A DNA stretch of 64,000 bases, taken from positions 1-64,000 of the IMG/VR virus record IMGVR_UViG_3300033977_000108. The stretch is one strand, 5' to 3'. The notes beneath the pieces are model-generated. The model worked only from the letters and a program-made list of their open reading frames with translations, was not told where the DNA came from and made no database searches. The position numbers and the translations under genes are program-made. Position 1 is the stretch's first letter. Every line of letters starts with the position of its first letter. This document shows, in pieces, positions 17,345 to 24,873 of this stretch.

Positions 17345-17542
17345 TTACATCCTACCGCCGGCCAGGATGTAGAGAACGACAGGCCAGAGAAGTACGCCCT
17401 TGATATATTCAGACCTGCTGATATACATAGTCTTCACAGAATCCCAATGTATATCAGCCAGGCCCTCGACCACGAGCAGGCCTATACAAGTGTAAACAGC
17501 CAGCACAACAAAGAAGAAGAACAACCACAGACCATAGTTCAT
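17345..17542 (-). CDS. Small membrane protein
   Basis: LWLFFFFVVLAVYTCIGLLVV; SD AAAGGAGG. Confidence 0.7.
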   Translation of the reverse strand: MNYGLWLFFFFVVLAVYTCIGLLVVEGLADIHWDSVKTMYISRSEYIKGVLLWPVVLYILAGGRM

Positions 17543-17561
17543 GGCTTGGTCCTCCTTTATA

Positions 17562-17846
17562 GCAGAGCCAGTAATGTGGTTCGTCTATACCGTAGCCTAC
17601 TGTTGCTACCTAACGGTATGGCCTCTAGCCTACCCTAAAAGAACAGCAGCAGAGGAACTTATGTCCTAGACACATGGGTGTTTACTAAACAGGCACGACC
17701 AATCAGAGGCTCCTGTGGAGCTTGCTTGGAACGGTGTCCGTAAAGTGTATGCCCTTTGTTATCTGCGCTGTAGCTATTGGTGGCAAAGGTGAGGCCACCA
17801 GGCCTAAGTAACGACAGTAATATAGACGACGTATTACTGGCTCTGC
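17562..17846 (-). ncRNA. Large structured non-coding RNA candidate (about 285 nt, closed terminal stem)
   Basis: Terminal 14-bp plus 9-bp stem GCAGAGCCAGTAAT..TCGTCTATA / TATAGACGA..ATTACTGGCTCTGC; nested stems TACTGT/ACAGTA, TGGTGGC/GCCACCA, ACAGC-GCAGA/TCTGC-GCTGT, GGCAT/GTGCC, GCTCC/GGAGC. Confidence 0.75.
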
Positions 17847-17879
17847 AAGATTGTGGGCAGCGCGGAAACAACCGCCAAA

Positions 17880-18101
17880 TGATGGGGCCCTGTAAGATCA
17901 AAGGGGCGGCAGGAAGCCAGGTGGGTCGGCGGTGAGGTCCCCGGCTTCAACACATCCGCCCCTTGTAGGGGCAGGGGGACCAGCGAGGCGCTTGGCGCCT
18001 CAATCTGGCCCATCACCCGCCCCTAACTTGATGGGCTAGAACCAGTCTGCCGGGACTCGTAGGCCCTCCAACATAAGCAGACCCTCCTACGTTCTAGCCC
18101 A
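17880..18101 (-). ncRNA. Two stem-enclosed pseudoknot domains (putative ncRNA)
   Basis: TGGGCTAGAAC/GTTCTAGCCCA encloses crossing GTAGG/CCTAC and GTCTGC/GCAGAC; TGATGGG/CCCATCA encloses crossing GTCCCC/GGGGAC and AGGGGCGG/CCGCCCCT. Confidence 0.7.
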
Positions 18102-18107
18102 AGCTTA

Positions 18108-18719
18108 TCACTGCTTTGGCTCGCCGAACAGGTGCAGTTGAGCCTTTTGGTCAGGCGTGCAGGCACAAATGCAGGGGCCGCCTGTCAGATGTATGCGGCT
18201 GTTCTTGTCAGATCGGCGGACGGAGCGTCGGATACTCCCCCTCCTCTTGGCCACCGCCGTGCTGTGAATGTCCTCGTGGTAGTCGCAGTAGTGCTCGTAG
18301 TGTGTGAGTGGCCTCTCACAATGGACCATTCTACAGAGGCCTGCTGCCTTCCGCGCCGCCCTCCTGATTTGGCAGGTGGTCGGAATAGAAGCAGTGTAGA
18401 GATAGGACCTATCCCTCCGCCAGTTCCTGCCCTGTAGGTAATCAAGCCGGCTTTCATCCCATACGCGGACTGACAAACCGTACTTCTTTGATGGGATGGC
18501 GGCATCCCATAAGCGGAGAACGTGGTCGGCCAGGAAGCCCTCGTCCTCTACAATGTGGCCTCCTAAAATGTGGATAACCGAATGTATCTCCGCGTCCTTT
18601 CCTACAGGCCCGGACTGCGGCAGGCCGCGGCCAGAAGCCTGCCAGACCCAGATGGTGCGCTCGGTCAAGGTAAGCAACACGGCAGTCTTGCTGTTGGAGA
18701 TGCCGATTAGTCTAGGCAT
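18108..18719 (-). CDS. Hypothetical protein with Cys/His-rich C-terminus
   Basis: SD AAGGAGG before MPRL; CRMVHC..YCDYH. Confidence 0.65.
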   Translation of the reverse strand: MPRLIGISNSKTAVLLTLTERTIWVWQASGRGLPQSGPVGKDAEIHSVIHILGGHIVEDEGFLADHVLRLWDAAIPSKKYGLSVRVWDESRLDYLQGRNWRRDRSYLYTASIPTTCQIRRAARKAAGLCRMVHCERPLTHYEHYCDYHEDIHSTAVAKRRGSIRRSVRRSDKNSRIHLTGGPCICACTPDQKAQLHLFGEPKQ

Positions 18720-18990
18720 TGAGCACCTCCTTATAGGCAAGCAGAGTGACCACTGGCGGAACGACTTTGATCTTACCGCGGTCGCTCCTGTCCAGTGCCA
18801 TAGAATCCTTAGGCATAAGCTGGCGTGGATTTCCTTTCTCGTCGCGCACGATCCCCAACTCCTTGTCATCCAGCATCAGCTTGTAGCCGCGGGACAAAGC
18901 ACGCCGTAAGTAGCTGAAACCACGGCGTTTCTTGAGGTTGGCTGCCCTACGTCGCTCTTCTCTCAGCTGGGCAGCTTGGTTGTCAGTCAT
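18712..18990 (-). CDS. Hypothetical basic protein
   Basis: SD AGGAGG before MTDNQ. Confidence 0.65.
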   Translation of the reverse strand: MTDNQAAQLREERRRAANLKKRRGFSYLRRALSRGYKLMLDDKELGIVRDEKGNPRQLMPKDSMALDRSDRGKIKVVPPVVTLLAYKEVLNA

Positions 18991-19174
18991 GTTTCCTCCT
19001 TGGGGCGGCTCGCAGCCATTCTTCGTATCCCGCCTGTAGGATGGCACATGTTTCAGAGCAGTAGAGGCTGTTAGGCTTGGCGACATTCAAGCCGCAGTAA
19101 AGACAGAACTCTACCGATTTCTTCTTGCTTTCCTTCTCTTTCTCTTTCCTCTTGCGTTCCCTTGCATCAAGCAT
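18983..19174 (-). CDS. Zinc-finger protein (CxxCG...YCSxxC)
   Basis: FCLYCG..LYCSETC; SD GGAGG. Confidence 0.65.
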   Translation of the reverse strand: MLDARERKRKEKEKESKKKSVEFCLYCGLNVAKPNSLYCSETCAILQAGYEEWLRAAPRRKHD

Positions 19175-19254
19175 AGGGACACCTCCATTCGGAAGTAGCT
19201 GGCCCATCGGTGCAACCAGCGGCCACAACCCATTGGCTGGATTGCGGTCGCCGA

Positions 19255-19614
19255 CTACTCCTCTGGTATGTCTTCAATGCGTTCAATACACTGCTCTTCG
19301 GTTAGGCTCTCATTGGCCACCCAGGCCAGAACCTCGGCATGGCAGAGCTCTGGGGCGCACCAGCAGCCGAGAGTCTGTCCTCGCAGCTCACGCCTTGCCT
19401 TCTCCACAAGCCCAGGCGTTTCAAAGAGATAGCGGGTGAATAGCATAAGAACAGTCTTGCGGTTCTTTACATTGTCGTGCCCCAGATGGTAGGGGTTGTG
19501 GAAGTCAGATTGAGTGAAATTCCCGTGCCTGGAACAGTGCCGCCTGCCAACATAGACACAAGGCTGCTTAGAGCGGATATTGATGACGAGTGGGTGTTGT
19601 TCGCGCATCGTCAA
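19255..19614 (-). CDS. DUF4326-domain protein
   Basis: VYVGR..F.NPY..G..R..V...F..YL..ARRELRG.TLGCWCAP..CHAEVL. Confidence 0.85.
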   Translation of the reverse strand: MTMREQHPLVINIRSKQPCVYVGRRHCSRHGNFTQSDFHNPYHLGHDNVKNRKTVLMLFTRYLFETPGLVEKARRELRGQTLGCWCAPELCHAEVLAWVANESLTEEQCIERIEDIPEE

Positions 19615-19772
19615 CCTCCTATCTCTACCATTTCATAACCGTGCTCGGTTAGAAACAGTTCAAACGTGTTGTAGACGTCCTCCGCATACATAAGAGGCGT
19701 CGGGTCAGAGTACTGAGACAGAAAGCTCTCAATGGTAAGACGCAAGAGCAGTCTAATCATTTCTTTATTCAT
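19611..19772 (-). CDS. Hypothetical protein
   Basis: SD GGAGGAG before MNKEM. Confidence 0.6.
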   Translation of the reverse strand: MNKEMIRLLLRLTIESFLSQYSDPTPLMYAEDVYNTFELFLTEHGYEMVEIGG

Positions 19773-19840
19773 TGACTCCTCCTTTCTTCGGTTGGGCTGG
19801 TGGGGACGGAGGGGCTTGAATTCCATCCCCATCAAGCTTA

Positions 19841-20185
19841 TCAGAGATTGCCTTTCAGGCTCTTATCAAGCCAGTAGCGTAGAACGCCGATGGCTTTGGC
19901 GGCCTTTCTGGCATAGTCTGTGTCGCCCTTCTGCGCCTGGTGGTTGGCTACCCAGACAAACTCGTAGAACTTACGGGCAGTGTCGCGGCTCAGCTCAAAG
20001 AAAACCATCACTGGGACATTATGCCGCCAGGCGAGCTGCTCATCAATACCAGACTGCAAGCGGTCAGTGGTGATGTGGCAGGCTCTGACGATTTCAGCAT
20101 TCGTCTCCGACGATTTTGCGGCTTCCTTGAGATACTGGGTCAAAAAGGCCGCGTATTGTCGTGATGCTTCTATCTTGATTTTCAC
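19841..20185 (-). CDS. Hypothetical helical protein
   Basis: SD AAAGGAGG, GTG start. Confidence 0.7.
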   Translation of the reverse strand: MKIKIEASRQYAAFLTQYLKEAAKSSETNAEIVRACHITTDRLQSGIDEQLAWRHNVPVMVFFELSRDTARKFYEFVWVANHQAQKGDTDYARKAAKAIGVLRYWLDKSLKGNL

Positions 20186-20203
20186 GGATACCTCCTTTCG
20201 CTC

Positions 20204-20455
20204 AACCCACGGGCACCCAGCTAAAGCTTAGCCGCCCTATGCTGGGCGTTCAGCCCGTGGGCTGATTGTGACCCATACCCAGTAGAGGCAGGGAGCCGAA
20301 TCTACACTCCGCCCAAGACGACGGGGAGTAGGTGGTCCTCGGGTGGGACACCGTATTGCCTCTATTTCGGACCCTCCCCAAAGTATAGGCCACAATCAAC
20401 TCACGATGAGTTGGCGCCAGGGCACGGCAACCCCGACGAAGCATGCCCTGGGGTC
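20204..20455 (-). ncRNA. Large structured non-coding RNA candidate with pseudoknot (about 250 nt)
   Basis: 14-bp stem ATTGTGGCCTATAC/GTATGGGTCACAAT (G-U on minus strand); crossing GGGAG..CCGAA/TTCGGCTCCC and TAGAGGCA/TGCCTCTA; AGCCCACGGGC/GCCCGTGGGTT; CAGGGCATG/CGTGCCCTG. Confidence 0.75.
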
Positions 20456-20468
20456 AGCCAATCGCCGA

Positions 20469-20960
20469 CTACTGCAACTCGGGCTCTGTTTCAGCCCAAG
20501 ATAGCCGGTCGGGAAGAGGCTTGATTTCCCGATGGCCGACATACTGGATGGCAGGTACGCCATCCTTGACAAGCAGCCGAGAGGCACAAAAAGCCTTCGT
20601 CTTGCCCTCAAAGCCGCCGGGAACCTCATGTGTGCGCTCCACAATAAGGTTTAGCAAATCCCCGCGGTTGAGGCCCATGTCAAGGATGTACTGCATGGCT
20701 TCCGGTATGGATACGAAAATCTGAAGCGGCCTGCGCTTCCACTTTCCGTCCCAGAACCGGCCGAAGCCTAACCTCAAGTTGATGAACGGCTTACCGGCAT
20801 CCGGCCCACGCTGGAACATCCCTACTGACATGCCGAAATACATGGCGGCTTTCAGTATGGAAGCAAGCCGGGTTGTCTGTACCACGGCATTGATGCCGTT
20901 GACAGAGATGTTCTCTGTGATCACGAACTGGCTTAAAAATGGTGCCCATCTTTTAGCCAT
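20469..20960 (-). CDS. Hypothetical beta-rich protein, paralog D2
   Basis: Paralog of 15673..16296; SD AAGGAG. Confidence 0.75.
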   Translation of the reverse strand: MAKRWAPFLSQFVITENISVNGINAVVQTTRLASILKAAMYFGMSVGMFQRGPDAGKPFINLRLGFGRFWDGKWKRRPLQIFVSIPEAMQYILDMGLNRGDLLNLIVERTHEVPGGFEGKTKAFCASRLLVKDGVPAIQYVGHREIKPLPDRLSWAETEPELQ

Positions 20961-21058
20961 GGGTTTATCTCCTTTCTCCAGTCCCCAGCGGACTGGCGCC
21001 ATACCGCAGATGGGCTACGGCATGGTGTCAAGCCGCCAAAGGCTACCAAGCCCGGGCA

Positions 21059-21268
21059 TCAAGGCCAGTAAATAGACCCCTTGATCTCAACAGTTTCCAG
21101 CTGGTCGCACAGCTTGTGTCCACGCGTGGACAAGTCGTCGTTGAGAATAGCTGCCGCTTCCTCGGCGAATTCCGCCATGACAACCGCTGTCATGGGCAAT
21201 CTCTTGTGTAATCCGCCGTAAGTCCTGTCTTGAAGTTCAACATCAAAGTGGAAAGCAAACAGTTTCAT
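21059..21268 (-). CDS. Hypothetical protein
   Basis: SD AAGGAGG. Confidence 0.65.
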   Translation of the reverse strand: MKLFAFHFDVELQDRTYGGLHKRLPMTAVVMAEFAEEAAAILNDDLSTRGHKLCDQLETVEIKGSIYWP

Positions 21269-21300
21269 AAGCCACCTCCTTTCAGTGATTTATCTAACAT

Positions 21301-21410
21301 TCTCTCTCTTAGGTCCGCGCCATAAGAGAGAAAAAAGAACACAATAACACAGCACAGACACATACATACAGAGAGAGAATAGAATAGGGAATAAAGATGC
21401 AAGGGAGGGA
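21301..21410. repeat. Low-complexity strand-biased tract with flanking hairpin
   Basis: Plus strand nearly T-free AC/AG runs (acacaataacacagcacagacacatacatacagagagag); CTCTCTTA/TAAGAGAG stem. Confidence 0.5.
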
Positions 21411-21581
21411 AACCCTATACTAGTGGCTGCCTACCATGGCAGACTGCCACAGCAGGTGGCTGAAAGTGGGCAGGGAAGGCTTATGCCTGCTGACTGGCCT
21501 AGGTACCCCTCCATCCCGCATGCCGATATATCGGCACTCCCCGAATCGTATCTCCTCCACCTTCAAGGAGATACGAGTCCG

Positions 21582-21914
21582 TTAGTGTTGATACTTCTGC
21601 TGCCTCTTCTGACTGGCTTTCAGCTTCACCGGCCTCTCGAAGGTAAGATTCTTGGAGACTTCCATCTCCATGATACTCATCTTGACTGGCCGGCCCTGAT
21701 ACACACGGATGGGCCCCAGCTTGTCCCACATTACATGCCTGTTCTTGTCGGCTGACCCATTCATGTGCCTTCTCAGCCGCCGCGGGCTGGTAAAGGTAAT
21801 GCCGCAGCTATGGCAGGTAGACCTTATCTTATACAGCTCTCTTGACTTACTTGTCTTACCTGACGACCTTGGCCTGCCGCTCTCCTTCTTGGAGAGCTTC
21901 TTCTTGTCTTCCAT
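21582..21914 (-). CDS. Basic protein with C2H2-type zinc finger
   Basis: C-x2-C-x3-F-x5-L-x2-H: CHSCGITFTSPRRLRRH; SD GAGGAGG. Confidence 0.7.
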   Translation of the reverse strand: MEDKKKLSKKESGRPRSSGKTSKSRELYKIRSTCHSCGITFTSPRRLRRHMNGSADKNRHVMWDKLGPIRVYQGRPVKMSIMEMEVSKNLTFERPVKLKASQKRQQKYQH

Positions 21915-22173
21915 GGCTCACCTCCTCTCTCATTACTTGTATTACCCTGGAAACAGAGCACATAGCTGCCTTCTCAATGAAGTGAGCGTGTCCTTCAGCC
22001 TCTATGCGCCCCAGCCTTCTGATGTCCTTCTGTATTTGCCACCCAAGACCACTCTGTCTATTCCCGCCGTGGGTCAGAAGGACATGTCTTCCGTACTCAA
22101 TACCGCCTACCGGCTTGCCGCACCGGAAAAAGATGTAAAACTGCCTTCCACAGTCGGAACAGGTCTTAATCAT
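21856..22173 (-). CDS. Hypothetical protein with CxxC...HxxxH
   Basis: MIKTCSDCGRQF...RHVLLTH; SD GGAGGAGG. Confidence 0.55.
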   Translation of the reverse strand: MIKTCSDCGRQFYIFFRCGKPVGGIEYGRHVLLTHGGNRQSGLGWQIQKDIRRLGRIEAEGHAHFIEKAAMCSVSRVIQVMREEVSHGRQEEALQEGERQAKVVR

Positions 22174-22599
22174 TCCTCCTCCTTTCTCCTTCCTCCCAAC
22201 CTTCAACCAATCTGCCTTCCTCGGCTGGAACAAAGCTCAAACTTCAACCCTTATAAGGCAGATTCCCCTGCCTTATAAGTAATCCCATCGGAATCCGCCT
22301 GCTTCTTGCGAATTCCCAGGCTTTTATGTAATCCCTTGCCTGCCAAGCAGCCAGGCTTAGGAACTACAAAGAAATAAGAACGTAAAGAGATTGCCCCGTA
22401 CTTCAGCCTTCGGGCTAACATACCAGCCTGGAGGTTGTTGGCATAAGGTACTACCTCCTTTCCAGTACAAGATTTACTCCTGGGGGTACTACCTTTCATC
22501 CCAAGACCCGCTTGCCTTCAACCTTCAACCAGCAAGCTCAATACATTCCATACTTTAGCAGGGTCCCAGCGTGTTAGGCCCACCAGGACCCTGCCCCGC

Positions 22600-22782
22600 T
22601 CAACAAGCGAGCGATGTTGCGTGCATACGGTATCTGCCAGGCAATACAAGCCTGTACTCATCGTCCGGCAAAGTGCCGTACAGATCCTCCAAATCGAGGA
22701 TCCGTCTCCTCTTCTTCGACTTCGGATTAGGAGGACCTTTACCCTTACGCTTCATATGCCCGTTTGCTCGACCTCCGGGCAT
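22600..22782 (-). CDS. Small basic protein
   Basis: SD AAGGAGG; KRKGKGPPNPKSKKRRR. Confidence 0.55.
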   Translation of the reverse strand: MPGGRANGHMKRKGKGPPNPKSKKRRRILDLEDLYGTLPDDEYRLVLPGRYRMHATSLAC

Positions 22783-22799
22783 AAAACACCTCCTTTCTT

Positions 22800-24449
22800 C
22801 TACTTACGCTTCCAGCCCGCCGAGGTCTTCAAGGCATACAACATACCTCTAGCCTCTTTCTGGCTGGTTGTCCCTGCCAGCCTCTCAGAGTACATCAAGA
22901 GGCCGGCTTCAGACTGCGACGGATGAAAACGGATAAAGTTGCCCTTCAGGATAGCTCCTGTCGGTCCCCTGCCTTGGGTAGTCACTTCAGCCACATCACC
23001 CTTCAGCAGGTCCCTATTCCGCCACATCCAATCCCTATACTCGTCGGGGATGGCAAAACTGCCTATCTCCCCAACGCCACTGCCTGTCCTTACATCCAGC
23101 GGCTGGACAAGAATACCACCCAATGTGCCCTTATACTTGCCAGCCCCCTCAATGAAATCAAGGACTTCCACATCAATCGTATCCCTGGCCTTGCCTTTAT
23201 AAACCAGGTCTATGGCTCTGCCATCCACCGGCTTCACCATAATCCCTTCAGACCAAGGCAGCCCTCTTGGATCATTCACCACAAGCTCATAATAAGCCTC
23301 CAGTGGCATCCAGCCGGGCTTACGCTCAACGATGTGGACATGCTTGTTGAATGGCCTTATCCCAGCGACCGCTTCTTCCATCATCGCCCGCCGCTCAGAA
23401 TACGGTAAGTTACTGACATTCTTACCTTTATACTTCAGAATGTCAGTCACATAAGCCTCAATCGGCCCATGCTCCCGCTGATAACCAATAGCCTTATCAG
23501 CTCCGCTGTTCAGCAGACCGCCCAGCCTACTGGCGCCGTCCTTGTGGAACAGCTCCACTCTGAACAGAGTGCCATGCATCTCCGGCTTGAACAATAGCCG
23601 ATCCAGCAACACATGGCTCCTATTCTGCAGCCATTCAAGAGCAGGCAGCTTGAATGTATAGCATGGAACATCCCGCCAGCTTTGAAAGATAGCTCTTTCC
23701 AACCCTTCTCTGCTGGTGCTTTCAATAGCCATGGATGCCATACTACCATCCATCTTACGCTCAACGATAACTCCTTTAGGGTCAAGGCTTGCCAGCCATT
23801 CCAGTGCTTTCAGAGCAGCCTTTGGCTTGGGAACCATCACCCCTCTGTCCTTCATCCTAACCAGAAGGCCTCGTCCTTTCTCCATGCCTTCTGGCCGGCG
23901 GACAGAATACGAACCCTTGAACTCACCACGGGGTATGTTAAAATCGAACTCCCGGGTACCGGGCTTTATGCCAACAGCCACAAAGTCCCAATGCCTCCCT
24001 GCCACCTCGGCATCGTGCTGATGTATGTTCGCCTTGGCGACACTCAGCCTATCGCCAACCTTCAAGACAATGTCTTCCTTATACAAGAGCTTCTTCATGC
24101 CCTTGCCTCGGCCCTCGCCTATCAAGCCGCTGAAATCATTGACTTTATGCGGCTCGTCTTCCCCTACCAGCACAGGACTACCCGTCTTCGTAGGAAACGG
24201 CTTGGCTCCTCGACGGGGCAGCAGATGAAGCTTCTCGTAATGATTGGCACCAGGCCCACTAACCAGCCTGCCGTCTATATCGCTCTTCGACAGCAGCCTG
24301 GCAGACAATAGTCTGGTAGCAGGCTTTACTTTGACCGCGGCAACGGATGAAAGCATACCCATGCCAGCATCCCAGAAAGTGTTCCAGCATACCTTGGACA
24401 AAGCAGCCGCACCATCAAGAATAGCGGTAATTCGTTTCCTAATACCCAC
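22800..24449 (-). CDS. lig: ATP-dependent DNA ligase with LigD phosphoesterase-like N-terminal region
   Basis: ERKMDG (I), FRVELF (III), YVTDILKYKG..LPYSERR (IIIa), SEGIMVK (IV), YKGK (V), OB domain GAGKYKGTLGGILV; N-terminal HQHDA..GRHWDF. Confidence 0.88.
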   Translation of the reverse strand: MGIRKRITAILDGAAALSKVCWNTFWDAGMGMLSSVAAVKVKPATRLLSARLLSKSDIDGRLVSGPGANHYEKLHLLPRRGAKPFPTKTGSPVLVGEDEPHKVNDFSGLIGEGRGKGMKKLLYKEDIVLKVGDRLSVAKANIHQHDAEVAGRHWDFVAVGIKPGTREFDFNIPRGEFKGSYSVRRPEGMEKGRGLLVRMKDRGVMVPKPKAALKALEWLASLDPKGVIVERKMDGSMASMAIESTSREGLERAIFQSWRDVPCYTFKLPALEWLQNRSHVLLDRLLFKPEMHGTLFRVELFHKDGASRLGGLLNSGADKAIGYQREHGPIEAYVTDILKYKGKNVSNLPYSERRAMMEEAVAGIRPFNKHVHIVERKPGWMPLEAYYELVVNDPRGLPWSEGIMVKPVDGRAIDLVYKGKARDTIDVEVLDFIEGAGKYKGTLGGILVQPLDVRTGSGVGEIGSFAIPDEYRDWMWRNRDLLKGDVAEVTTQGRGPTGAILKGNFIRFHPSQSEAGLLMYSERLAGTTSQKEARGMLYALKTSAGWKRK

Positions 24450-24822
24450 GCCGTCTCCTCCTTTCTCTGTAATTCATGATGACATCCTTGCTAACTATGC
24501 CAATAACCGCAGCTGCCATCAAGCTCAGCAGCTCTATAGCCCAGTTAGCTAAATGCCCTAGACTGATGGCGATAGCGCAGGTAAGCACCCCCAGCATGTA
24601 CTTGCTGTGCAATTTGAGATGCCCGCTAATCCAGATGACAATCATACTTACCAGCAGAGCCGGAGCATAGGCAGCCATCAACACTATTACCGCCGCCTCT
24701 ATCAGGCTCTTGACCACGTTCCACTTCCAGCTCTGATACTTACCATCCCAGAAGAAGTTCTTCAGAGCCAGAAGTCCAAACAAGCCTGCTATCAGGCTTA
24801 TGTACAAGGCTCGTCTGGTCAT
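24439..24822 (-). CDS. Multi-TM membrane protein
   Basis: Three to four hydrophobic helices; SD AAGGAGG. Confidence 0.75.
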   Translation of the reverse strand: MTRRALYISLIAGLFGLLALKNFFWDGKYQSWKWNVVKSLIEAAVIVLMAAYAPALLVSMIVIWISGHLKLHSKYMLGVLTCAIAISLGHLANWAIELLSLMAAAVIGIVSKDVIMNYRERRRRRGY

Positions 24823-24873
24823 ACACTTACCTCCTTTCAGAGCGGCTTTGTAGTCGCTCGGAAGTGGGCTCCG

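Noticed and set aside
17562-17846. HEARO/omegaRNA, tmRNA, RNase P or 6S assignment
   Set aside because: No IscB/TnpB gene nearby, no tRNA-like CCA end, no GAGGAAAGUCC, and too branched for 6S.
18032-18101. Twister, pistol or HDV/theta ribozyme assignment (GAGGG and GTCCC present)
   Set aside because: No UAA cleavage segment or AAG-CCC for twister, and no P3/L3 UCCUCG or J4/2 C for HDV-like. Kept as an unclassified structure.
11335-20370. Shared 9-mer CCGAAATAG in the 11.3-kb and 20.3-kb structured regions
   Set aside because: A 9-mer match between two regions of about 250 nt is expected by chance roughly one time in four.
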